Below are positions 18,001 through 25,673 of a stretch of DNA of 48,260 bases, in pieces. The notes beneath the pieces are model-generated. The model worked only from the letters and a program-made list of their open reading frames with translations, was not told where the DNA came from and did no database searches. Within the stretch, counting starts at the first letter, position 1. The number at the start of each line of letters is the position of its first letter. Both the position numbers and the translations under genes were made by a program. The DNA is from an uncultured Armatimonadetes bacterium (GTDB taxonomy: Bacteria; Armatimonadota; Fimbriimonadia; Fimbriimonadales; GBS-DC): the NCBI GenBank assembly GCA_937139515.1, contig CAKZQI010000174.1:1-48260 (forward strand). Direction: 5' to 3'.

Positions 18001-18799
18001 GGTCTCCAATTAGCAGGTCAATCTGGATGACCTGTTGGCGCAAGTTTTCGCGCTCGGTGCTAAGCGCGCTCAGCGTCTGATAGGTTTGAAGCCACTCATA
18101 GGCGATGCGCTGGCGTTCCAGTTGGGCGAGTTGGTTTTGCAGTTCGCGGTAGACGAGGGCGCGCTCTGCTTGCTCACGCAGGGGTTCGCGCTGGCGGTCT
18201 AACTCGCGAAGCACATCTTCGACGCGTTGCAGGTGGATACGGGTGGCTTCCAAGTCGCGCAGGGTATCGCGTCGGCGGTTGCGGTAGAGGCTAACGCCTG
18301 CGACCTCTTCCAGCCACTTGCGTCGCTCTTCGGGATTGGCGCTCAGGAAGGCTTCGATTTCGCCTTGACCCACAATCGCATAGCCCCCGCGCCCCAGCCC
18401 CGTGCCTGCGAACAGGTCAGCAACATCCTTGAGGCGCGCAGGCGTTTTATTAATCCAGCACTCCCACTCGCCCGAGCGGTACAGGCGACGCACAATCTGC
18501 ACTTCGTCCGCCTCCAGGGGGAGCCAGCGCGTCTCGTTGTTGAACCAGAGGGCGACCTCGGCTAAGCCCATTGGCTTGTGGGTGCTGGAGCCCTTGAACA
18601 GCACTTCGGTGGGCGTAGAGGCGCGCAAGGTGCGCACATTCGCCTCGCCCAACGCCCACATAATCGCATCAATCAGATTGCTTTTGCCACAGCCGTTGGG
18701 ACCGACCACCGCGCTCAGCGGAGTCGTGAGGGCAATCTCCGTGCGTTGGGCGAAGGTCTTGAATCCGTTCAGCCGTATGCGTGTTAGTACCTGTGCCAT
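15080..18799 (-). CDS. smc: Chromosome partition protein Smc (with repeat-derived insertion in hinge)
   Basis: Walker A GPNGCGKSN, about 900 aa of Q/E/L/R coiled coil, hinge (GRLTFLPLD ... VTLGGELV..GAITGG), signature LSGGERALTALALLFA, Walker B ILILDEVDAALD. Confidence 0.95.
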   Translation of the reverse strand: MAQVLTRIRLNGFKTFAQRTEIALTTPLSAVVGPNGCGKSNLIDAIMWALGEANVRTLRASTPTEVLFKGSSTHKPMGLAEVALWFNNETRWLPLEADEVQIVRRLYRSGEWECWINKTPARLKDVADLFAGTGLGRGGYAIVGQGEIEAFLSANPEERRKWLEEVAGVSLYRNRRRDTLRDLEATRIHLQRVEDVLRELDRQREPLREQAERALVYRELQNQLAQLERQRIAYEWLQTYQTLSALSTERENLRQQVIQIDLLIGDLERQSDQYGTQIGALESEMDTLRSVLQALLSSEERITGQLSALNERERTLHELSQTLSDEQTNLTEREVAIQATLHELETAYQALNAETEQRLPQIQQAQAEVDRLAQKRAELNRAYQSALWRQAEHAQNLQRVETLQQQMTEYQSQLEALQAQLESAQSRFEEAHQQVAHARTALEQAQALARESERQHQQSQRTLQEAVRRYETLIARVKGLEASLLSGEGAIPPVRALLQAVQRGEVQGEFIPVGAVLSVPEPFQKAISAALGGAVNELITPTEKDANAGVEWLKRTQSGRLTFLPLDLLKSVLALTHPSPPSPAASGEGGSQRLPSPAASGEGQRVRANSENLSPPAPLSASREGEEPAHSPAPFTEREQGGEADRYGIIGLASDLIQTEARYLPVVHHLLGRVLVVQNLEDAVQLLRALRRTGKPIPYSRFVTLGGELVQVSGAITGGESKHERSSLLKLRAELDHARQQAQQAQETVAQAEQALEQAHQAYQRHLQALETARTRLQEATQARIHAENERRLCERELQQLQHQLVHLHAEHERLTHTLQSEVPNPEPLQAELSATEEAHQSGLQRLSDLKSRDEQARREAHTLQGRLQHERNQLRQVQSRRSALQERMRTIEAECAQIVQQRQALQAELEQTQARAEATRLQLEQKRAQRQTLLEQSFQITDRIRAQRAELQTIVERERTVELQLARMEVRLVDLQESWARLCPDEPLPEPTAPLPERPPVARSEMEKLRRALNEMGEVNLGATDEYARLTERYESLQRQQCDLLTTCQQLERNLHEIDQRAREKFLETYQAVRMAFQERFTRLFEGGSADLLLDNERDPLSAGVLVEAQPRGKRRQRLELLSGGERALTALALLFAFSDVRPTPILILDEVDAALDGRNVQRFADHLKEMAQHSQILIVTHNPITSAVAHEWLGISMTGGVTRVVPYVPRLNGTIANGTEDLSHAVVVSESESGVRP
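16870..17080. repeat. GC-hairpin repeat array (family 2), in frame inside smc
   Basis: Four modules, each a cctcaccc-type flank plus a short hairpin: ccctctccgtaaacggagcggggg, ccccctctctgcttgcggagagggggg, and cccctctcccgacgctgcgggagagggg twice. The same modules occur at 21811..21994. Confidence 0.9.
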
Positions 18800-18850
18800 C
18801 CCTTGCCTGCTTGGGTATAGGATACCCCAGTGTGTTTGACCGAAGAGCCA

Positions 18851-21205
18851 TCACCACAACCGACTGCTCGCAAGGTAGAGCAAGAGCGCGGTATCGGCAC
18901 GGCTGAGGTTCGCGTCAGGTTGGAAGCGCAAACCGTCGGCATCCAGCGCCTCAGTGCCATCCCAGAGCAGGCTAATCAGCCGTCGCTCGCTCAAGGCGCG
19001 GATAAACGGTAGGTCGGGGTCGTCGGGGGCGACATCGGCGTAGGGCGTGGTGGCGTCTGGGCGCGTTTGCCACGCCGCAGGCTCCAGCAGTGCCATCGTG
19101 CGCACTAACCAGCGCGCAAGATCGCGACGCACAACGGGTGCGTTCGGCTCAAATCGGCGGTTGGGCGTGCGTTCAATCACGCCCAGCAGAAACAGATTCT
19201 GCACGGGAACCGCATAGGGGCTTCCAAACAGCACATCGGTGAACGCCAACCCTTGAAAGCGCTCTTCGGGAAGGTCAGGGCGCAGAGTGCGCAGATGATG
19301 CCACAAAATCCGTGCCGCTTCACCTCGCGTGAGGGCTTGCTGGGGTTCAAAGCGCTCCGAGGGGAAGTAGCCCCGCGCCGACAGGAACTGGATTGCCTCA
19401 AAATGCTCGGTCTGGGGCGTCACATCGGGGAACCAGTAGATATAGACCCCGTGACGAACCAATTTGCGCTGGATGTCCGCCACGCGCAGTCGGCGCAACG
19501 GGATGCCTGTCTGAAGGCTCAGCACCGCAGCGGCGCCCGCTGCCTGCCCCATATTCATCCGCACAGGCTCCATACGCAGAGTGCCGATAGCGACATGGGT
19601 CGCTGAGACACAGGTACTGACCAGCAAACCCTCCACACGCTTGGGCACCAGCACACCGTAGGGCACTTGGTACCACGGCGTGTACTGGAAAATCCAGAAC
19701 TCGCCCTCGCCCATGTGGGGCATTGGCTCCGGCTCTACCCCCTCGGGCACGACCACGCGGCGCACGGCGTGCGAGTCCATCGGGTAGTCGCCAATCGCAA
19801 TCGCGTCGTGCCGAATACGCTCGCGGGCGTACATCACATCGCTCTGATTGAGTATCACCTCACCCTCAATACGGCGCGCCTTGCGCACATACAACACGGG
19901 GGGCAGGTTGTCGCTATCGCGGAACTCGTCCTCCGCTAACCACAAGTTGCGCTGACCGAACACGGTCTGGATATAGTGTAAGTAGCCCAGCACATGGTTT
20001 TTGTAAATCTCATAGATGCGCTGGCGCTCTTCCCAACTGGCGGTTGGGTAGCGGTAGTTGAACTCCTGGAGCGTCGTACCGTGCGGGTGTTGATTGATCT
20101 CAAATTTGTTATTGGGGAATCGTCCGAACTGGGCTGCCCACGACTGCTCCCACCGGGGCGACAGCACATACTCACGGGGATTGTAGTTGGGCGGGGGGGT
20201 CCGCACCTGCTCAGTGGGGTAGTTTTGGACGAGCATCAAGATGGCGTAGCCCGGAATGCGTCGGTCGCCCTGCCCCGTGCTTCCAGGGAGTAGGCGGTCG
20301 TTGAGGCGGTCGTAGTAGATGACGCCCGCGTGAGGCTCTTCGGGCGTTCGTGGTTCGCGCCCGATACGATAGGGAGCGCCTGCCCACGCAGCGATGTCGC
20401 CTTCAGCAGTAGCATCAATCACGATATCGGCGTTGAAGCGCCCCCGACGCGTACCGTCCAGCGTGACAAACTCCACCCCCGTTATGCGATTGCCCTGCTT
20501 GAACACGCGGGTGGGACGCACACCGAAGTAGAGGTCAATGTTCGGCTCGGCATACACCATCTCTTTGATGAGCATGTTGGCGACCCAAGCCTCGTAGTTC
20601 AGACCATTGCGGTAGATGTAGCTGGTTGTATCAGCGCCCTGCGCCTTATAATACGCTTCCACTTTTTGGCGGAACTCTTCAAAAAGCCCGTTGATGCGGG
20701 AGGCTTGGCGCACATCGGTGATAGAGACGCCGTTGACTATCATGCCCCCCAAGCGATTAGTGGGTTCCAGAAGCGCCACCTTGACCCCCATCCGGGCGGC
20801 GGTGATGGCTGCACCCACACCCGAAGCGGTTCCGCCCACGATCACAATCGGGTAGCGCGCCTCGCGAGGCAGTTCACGGTAGGTACGGTCAGTGCGTGCC
20901 ACAGGCTCCGAGGCTCTTCCATCGGGGTAAACTGCTTGAACCGCCAGCGTGTAGGTCTGCCCGGGCGTCAACCCGGTGAAATCGTAGAAGCGCGCCTCGG
21001 CGTCCAGTTCGCGCACCAACTGACCTTCCAAGTAGACACGGTAGGCGGAGGGATTTTCGCCACGCGGAGGGAGCCAAAACAGGGTAATTCGTTCCGTACT
21101 GCGCGGGATGGCTTCTACTGAGCGGGGTACCGCCTGCGCCCAAGCCGAAACTAACGCCAATGCCAGCCAAGAACCCACCAGCCAACTCCTCACTCTCTGC
21201 ATCAT
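18851..21205 (-). CDS. Cell-surface FAD-dependent oxidoreductase (signal peptide + FN3-like + FAD_oxidored + 3 SLH-like repeats)
   Basis: Signal peptide LALALVSAWAQA. FN3-like ITLFWLPP...YRVYLEG...TPGQTYTLAVQAVYPDG. Dinucleotide fold IVIVGGTASGVGAAITAARMGVKVALLE. C-terminal SLH-like units (FPDVTPQTEHFEAIQFLSARGYF, FTDVLFGSPYAVPVQNLFLLGVI, YADVAPDDPDLPFIRALSERRLI). Confidence 0.8.
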   Translation of the reverse strand: MMQRVRSWLVGSWLALALVSAWAQAVPRSVEAIPRSTERITLFWLPPRGENPSAYRVYLEGQLVRELDAEARFYDFTGLTPGQTYTLAVQAVYPDGRASEPVARTDRTYRELPREARYPIVIVGGTASGVGAAITAARMGVKVALLEPTNRLGGMIVNGVSITDVRQASRINGLFEEFRQKVEAYYKAQGADTTSYIYRNGLNYEAWVANMLIKEMVYAEPNIDLYFGVRPTRVFKQGNRITGVEFVTLDGTRRGRFNADIVIDATAEGDIAAWAGAPYRIGREPRTPEEPHAGVIYYDRLNDRLLPGSTGQGDRRIPGYAILMLVQNYPTEQVRTPPPNYNPREYVLSPRWEQSWAAQFGRFPNNKFEINQHPHGTTLQEFNYRYPTASWEERQRIYEIYKNHVLGYLHYIQTVFGQRNLWLAEDEFRDSDNLPPVLYVRKARRIEGEVILNQSDVMYARERIRHDAIAIGDYPMDSHAVRRVVVPEGVEPEPMPHMGEGEFWIFQYTPWYQVPYGVLVPKRVEGLLVSTCVSATHVAIGTLRMEPVRMNMGQAAGAAAVLSLQTGIPLRRLRVADIQRKLVRHGVYIYWFPDVTPQTEHFEAIQFLSARGYFPSERFEPQQALTRGEAARILWHHLRTLRPDLPEERFQGLAFTDVLFGSPYAVPVQNLFLLGVIERTPNRRFEPNAPVVRRDLARWLVRTMALLEPAAWQTRPDATTPYADVAPDDPDLPFIRALSERRLISLLWDGTEALDADGLRFQPDANLSRADTALLLYLASSRLW

Positions 21206-21254
21206 GACGCTAAGGATACCTGGTTAGGGAGTTAGGAGGCAAAAAACTCTATGA

Positions 21255-22238
21255 CTACCTAAGTTGAGCGAGGAGGCGCACGGTATGCCTGCCGTTCTCG
21301 CGCCAGTCCTCGCTGGCATGTAAAATGAGAACGCTGGGGAGCAGAAGATGGATTAGCGAGCTCAGGTCAGTGACCCGTTGAGGCGAGGCGGGGCGCCCAA
21401 ACGCCTTCTGATGGGTGGGCGTGAATGCCTCCACAAGGAGCACTCCCTCAGGAGCAAGCCAACGGATGGCTCGCCGTATCAACTCGCTTGAGTAGTAGAA
21501 GCAGTTCACAATCAGGTTCACAGGATGCTCTGGGCACCACCCCGATTGCTCCAAGTCGGCACACACCCAGTGGGTAGGAGGGCTTTGGGGTGCGTAGCGG
21601 GCTTGGAGTTCCCGTCCGCGTTCAAGGGCGTCCGGGAGGCGGTCTACGGCGATGACCTGCCAACCGAGGTCAGCCAGATAGACTGCCTCGCGCCCACTGC
21701 CACAGCCGAGGTCTAACGCCCTTCCAGGGGGCAGGTGCTGAACGCTCTCTTGAAGGAATGCATTCGGTTCCCAGAGGCGGTAGGTGGGGTGAGCCTTCTC
21801 TTTTTGCTCTGCCTCTGCTCGGCTTGCAGAGAGGTTTTCAAAGTTTGCCCTCACCCCCGACCCTTCTCCCGACGCTGCGGGAGAGGGGAGTTCGACCTCA
21901 CCCCCTAGCCCCCTCTCCGTAAACGGAGAAGGGGAACTTGGTTCGCCCCCCTCTCTGCTTGCGGAGAGGGGGGACGGGGGGGTGAGGTTTTCTAGGGATT
22001 CTCCCTCCAACTCCGCCCATGCCACACGACGCCCCTGCTGAGAAAGCCACGCAAAAGCCTCCACCGCTTTGGGTGTGTCATTCAAAAGCAGGATTGTGTC
22101 GTGAGGAGGTGGCAGCTCGTGCTGGCGCTGGGTAAGGCTCTGCCAAGGGATATAGACCACCGCTTGCCCCACATACGGCTTTCCAACGCTCAAATAGCGC
22201 GTGGGCAACAACATCAAACAAAAGGATACCTGCCACAA
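21255..22238 (-). CDS. Class I SAM-dependent methyltransferase with N-terminal rhodanese-like region and repeat-derived linker
   Basis: Motif I ALDLGCGSGREAVYLADLGWQVIAVD and post-I/II motifs (VNLIVNCFYY, EGVLLVEAF). The N-terminal ~75 aa look rhodanese-like but have no Cys. The start codon is uncertain. Confidence 0.75.
   Translation of the reverse strand: MWQVSFCLMLLPTRYLSVGKPYVGQAVVYIPWQSLTQRQHELPPPHDTILLLNDTPKAVEAFAWLSQQGRRVAWAELEGESLENLTPPSPLSASREGGEPSSPSPFTERGLGGEVELPSPAASGEGSGVRANFENLSASRAEAEQKEKAHPTYRLWEPNAFLQESVQHLPPGRALDLGCGSGREAVYLADLGWQVIAVDRLPDALERGRELQARYAPQSPPTHWVCADLEQSGWCPEHPVNLIVNCFYYSSELIRRAIRWLAPEGVLLVEAFTPTHQKAFGRPASPQRVTDLSSLIHLLLPSVLILHASEDWRENGRHTVRLLAQLR
21811..21994. 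repeat. GC-hairpin repeat array (family 2), in frame inside the methyltransferase gene
   Basis: Modules cccttctcccgacgctgcgggagagggg, ccccctctccgtaaacggagaagggg and cccccctctctgcttgcggagagggggg, plus a degenerate copy (gcctctgctcggcttgcagagagg), with gaggttttc...gtttgccctcaccc flanks as in smc. Confidence 0.9.
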
Positions 22239-22268
22239 GCACTCAGGATTTGTGCCATAATTTGCTCG

Positions 22269-23549
22269 GTGAAGGAGACGCGGGTTAACTACTGGGCAAT
22301 CAGCATCTACTGGCTGGGACTAAGTATCCACTGGGCGGCGTTTTTGAGTATCGTGATGCAGGTGCGCGTCGCCGAGATGGTTCCAGAGCAGGTGCGCGGA
22401 ACCTACCTATTCATCTTAGCCTCGGTGGGCGCGCTCATCTCCACCGTGATAGAGCTCGTCGCAGGACCGATTAGCGACCGCTGTACCTCACGCTGGGGAC
22501 GCAGGCGACCCTTCATCGTCTACGGTACGCTCCTCACTTTGCCGTTCATCCTGCTATTTATGACCACCCAGAACTTTTGGGTGTTGGTGCTCCACTTTGT
22601 GGCAATCCAGCTCTTCCTGAACTGGGCGAACGGTCCGTATCAGGCGGTGATTCCCGACTATGTGCCTGCCCATCGGCACGGTTTGGCATCTGCATATATG
22701 GGGATGATGACCCTAGTGGGCAACTTAGTGGGGCTGGCACTGGCAGGATTGACGCTGAGTGAACCCCCTATACTGCTCAGGGGCTATCCTTTCGGCACGC
22801 GCCTGCTGATTGTGGGTATCGTGCTGGCGGGCGGGTTGCTCATCACGATGCTCTGGACGGTGCTGGAGATGAAAGAACCCCAGTGGCAACCCCGAACCGA
22901 AGACGAAAAGCGGGTCACCCCGCGCCAGATGTTTGACATCAGCATGCGCGACCAGCCCAACTTCCGCTGGGTGGTCTGGTCGCGGTTTGTGTTCAATATG
23001 GGGTTTTTCACGGTGCTGTTCTTTCTGGAGTACTACCTGCGCGACACGATGGGTCTGAAAGAGCAGGCGCCCCTGTACGCCTTCATCGTGATGGTGATTG
23101 CGACGCTGGCAGGGGTGGTGGGCAACTGGGTCGCGGGGGTGATGGCAGACCGCACCAGCAAAAAGCGGGTACTGTACTACACGGCGGGTTTGATGGGCGT
23201 TGGAACCGTGATGTTCATCTTCTCCACGAACTTGAGCTGGGTCTATCTCATAGCGGTGCTGTTCGGCATCGCGTGGGGGGCTTTCTCAGCGGTGGACTGG
23301 GCGCTGGCGAGCAACCTCGTGCCGATTGAAGAGAGCGGACGCTACATGGCAATCTGGCACATCGCCATGACCGTGCCCCAAGTGATTGCGCCCGCCGTCG
23401 GACCAATCGCAGACCTGCTGAACCAGACCTACGGGATGGGCGTCGGATGGCGATGGATTTTTCTGGCGGTGCCAATCTACTTAGTCGTGGCGATGTGGCT
23501 GTTGCGCCATGTGCGCGAGCGCGTGGTTAGCCCCATCTCAGAGCAGTAG
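22269..23549 (+). CDS. MFS-type transporter (12 predicted TM segments)
   Basis: Hydrophobic periodicity throughout, with a loop motif DRCTSRWGRRRPF between TM2 and TM3. GTG at 22269 is chosen because the longer ORF (22101) overlaps the divergent methyltransferase gene. The start is uncertain. Confidence 0.7.
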   Translation: MKETRVNYWAISIYWLGLSIHWAAFLSIVMQVRVAEMVPEQVRGTYLFILASVGALISTVIELVAGPISDRCTSRWGRRRPFIVYGTLLTLPFILLFMTTQNFWVLVLHFVAIQLFLNWANGPYQAVIPDYVPAHRHGLASAYMGMMTLVGNLVGLALAGLTLSEPPILLRGYPFGTRLLIVGIVLAGGLLITMLWTVLEMKEPQWQPRTEDEKRVTPRQMFDISMRDQPNFRWVVWSRFVFNMGFFTVLFFLEYYLRDTMGLKEQAPLYAFIVMVIATLAGVVGNWVAGVMADRTSKKRVLYYTAGLMGVGTVMFIFSTNLSWVYLIAVLFGIAWGAFSAVDWALASNLVPIEESGRYMAIWHIAMTVPQVIAPAVGPIADLLNQTYGMGVGWRWIFLAVPIYLVVAMWLLRHVRERVVSPISEQ

Positions 23550-24551
23550 CATTGCGTCCCCGAAACTCAGGAACCGATAGCCTCTCTCTATCGCCTCGTG
23601 GTAGGCTCGGAGGATTAGCTCGCGCCCCGCGAACGCACTGACCAGCACCAACATCGTCGTGCGGGGCAGGTGGAAGTTCGTAATCATCGCATCCACCACG
23701 CGGAATCGGTAGCCCGGCGTGATGTAAAGCTTCGTTTCAGCGGTGCGAGCTTCTACCTGATGGTCAGCGACCGCTGCGCTTTCCAAAGTGCGCACGCTGG
23801 TGGTGCCCACCGCCACAATCCGCCCGCGAGTCTGGTTGATGAGTTCCGCCGTTTCGGGGCTGAGGGTGTACCACTCACCGTGCATCGGGTGTGCCTCCAC
23901 CTGCTCGGTTTGAAGAGGGCGGAAGGTGTCTATGCTGATATGCAAGGTGATAGTGCCAATTTGAACGCCTTGCTGACGCAAGGTCTCCAGCAGTTGGGGC
24001 GTGAAGTGTAGCCCTGCAGTGGGCGCAGCGGCGGAGCCGGGTTGGCTCGCCAGCACGGTCTGATAGCGCTCTGGGTCGTCCAGATAACGATGGATATAAG
24101 GGGGCAGAGGCACACGCCCAATCCGTGTGAGCAGGGTGTCCACCGACTCGGTGGAGGCATAGAGGCGAACTAAGCGCAGTCCGCCCTCCAGACGCCCCTC
24201 CACCGCGGCTTCCAGACCTTCAGGGAACAGCACGCGTGCGCCTTCAGGGAGCCGCCTGCTGGGGCGCACCAACGCCTGCCAAGTGCCATCGCCCACAGGG
24301 CGCAGGAGGAGCATCTCCACCTGTCCGCCTGTCGGCTTCTGACCCAGCAAACGCCACGCTGAGACGCGCGTGTTGTTCAGGATGAGGGTGTCGCCCGCCC
24401 GAAGGTACTCAGGGAGGTCGTAAAAGTGGCGATGTTCCAGCGTGCCTGTGGCGCGGTGGACGACCAGCATGCGCGCATAGTCGCGGGGTTCTATCGGCTC
24501 TTGCGCTATCCGCTCTTCGGGAAGCTCGTAGTCAAACAGGCTCGCGTCCAT
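23538..24551 (-). CDS. queA: S-adenosylmethionine:tRNA ribosyltransferase-isomerase
   Basis: MDASLFDYELPEERIAQEP N-terminus, PLPPYI and GLHFT motifs, and GTTSVRTLES. ATG at 24551 lies 2 nt after the upstream stop codon; an alternative GTG is at 24578. Confidence 0.9.
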   Translation of the reverse strand: MDASLFDYELPEERIAQEPIEPRDYARMLVVHRATGTLEHRHFYDLPEYLRAGDTLILNNTRVSAWRLLGQKPTGGQVEMLLLRPVGDGTWQALVRPSRRLPEGARVLFPEGLEAAVEGRLEGGLRLVRLYASTESVDTLLTRIGRVPLPPYIHRYLDDPERYQTVLASQPGSAAAPTAGLHFTPQLLETLRQQGVQIGTITLHISIDTFRPLQTEQVEAHPMHGEWYTLSPETAELINQTRGRIVAVGTTSVRTLESAAVADHQVEARTAETKLYITPGYRFRVVDAMITNFHLPRTTMLVLVSAFAGRELILRAYHEAIERGYRFLSFGDAMLLL

Positions 24552-24553
24552 CG

Positions 24554-24787
24554 TCAGCGCGCCCTCATGCTGAGCCACGCGATGAAACTCAGCACCAAAC
24601 TGAGAATGATACTAATCAAAATGCTCGTTCCGAGCGGGAAGTAGAACGAGAAACCATCGCGCTGGATGGCAATATCGCCTGGCAAGCGCCACTGGCGAAC
24701 CCCTAAGCGCTCTAAACCGATCAACAGCAGTCCAATCCCCACCATCGCGAAACCGAGCAACAGAAGCGTTTTGCCGACTGTTCCCAC
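24554..24787 (-). CDS. DUF2905-like small membrane protein
   Basis: 77 aa with two TM helices and the central motif LPGDIAIQRDGFSFYFPLGTSILISI that I associate with DUF2905. Confidence 0.7.
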   Translation of the reverse strand: MGTVGKTLLLLGFAMVGIGLLLIGLERLGVRQWRLPGDIAIQRDGFSFYFPLGTSILISIILSLVLSFIAWLSMRAR

Positions 24788-24839
24788 AACGAGAATTGTA
24801 CCTGAGGGGAGCCGTTAGGCAGGTATAATCGGGGCTGAT

Positions 24840-25673
24840 ATGAGAACGCATGTTTTTACGAAAGGGCTGATTGCCCTGAGTTTGTTGGTCTCGCTGTCTA
24901 CACTGGTGGGCAGTGGGCTTTTGTTCAGTGGGGTGGAGAACCTGCCCGCTTTGGACTACTATCGCCTCTCGTTTTGGCTGGGCATTTTGCTCATCGTGTT
25001 TGGGATTGGGGCGTCGCTGTTTCATATGGCGCACACACAGGGCTGGCGCCCGACGCTCTGGATGCTGGGGTTGTGTGTGGTGTTGGCGGGCGGGGCAGAG
25101 TTAGTCGGCACGCTCATCGGCTTCCCATTCGGAGCCTACGAGTACACCGAGCGCCTCGGACCGAAGTTCGTGGGGCACGTGCCCTACCTGATACCGCCTT
25201 CGTGGTTCATGATGCTCTATCCTGCGTTCCATATTGCCTATCTGTTGGGGGTATCGCGTCGGGCGTTGCCGTTCGTGGTGGCACTGTTGCTGACTTGGTG
25301 GGATGTGGCGATGGACCCTGCGGTCTCCACCGTGATGGGCAATCCGGGCACGGTGGCGTTTGCTTATTGGCTCTGGAAGGAGGAGGGGCAGTTCTACGGA
25401 ATGCCTCTGCAGAACTGGCTGGGGTGGTACGGTGTATCGTTGATGTTGGCGTGGGTCTTTCTGAAAGTGGTGCCCGACTGGCGCCCCTCCCACTCGCTGG
25501 CTCCCTTGGCGATTTGGCTCATTCAGGGGGGCACGATGGCGGGGTTGGCGTTCTGGGTTCAGCGTCCACTGGCAACAGCGATTTGGCTGGCAGGTGCGCT
25601 GGTGGTGACCCTGTTATGCCTGCGGATGGTACGCTCGGAGGTCAACTTGGCGGGCGAGGGAGGTCTCCGATGA
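24840..25673 (+). CDS. cruF: Carotenoid biosynthesis membrane protein (CruF-like carotenoid 1,2-hydratase family, PF04240-like)
   Basis: Multi-TM protein with LTWWDVAMDP and YGMPLQNWLGWY motifs, overlapping the downstream crtI-family gene by ATGA. Confidence 0.65.
   Translation: MRTHVFTKGLIALSLLVSLSTLVGSGLLFSGVENLPALDYYRLSFWLGILLIVFGIGASLFHMAHTQGWRPTLWMLGLCVVLAGGAELVGTLIGFPFGAYEYTERLGPKFVGHVPYLIPPSWFMMLYPAFHIAYLLGVSRRALPFVVALLLTWWDVAMDPAVSTVMGNPGTVAFAYWLWKEEGQFYGMPLQNWLGWYGVSLMLAWVFLKVVPDWRPSHSLAPLAIWLIQGGTMAGLAFWVQRPLATAIWLAGALVVTLLCLRMVRSEVNLAGEGGLR

Noticed and set aside
24974-25669. Long N-terminal extension of the crtI-family ORF (713-aa ORF in the track).
   Set aside because: This stretch overlaps cruF in another frame and encodes Gly/Arg/Ala-rich sequence typical of off-frame high-GC translation. 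The canonical FAD-binding N-terminus starts at the ATG at 25670, which overlaps the cruF stop codon.
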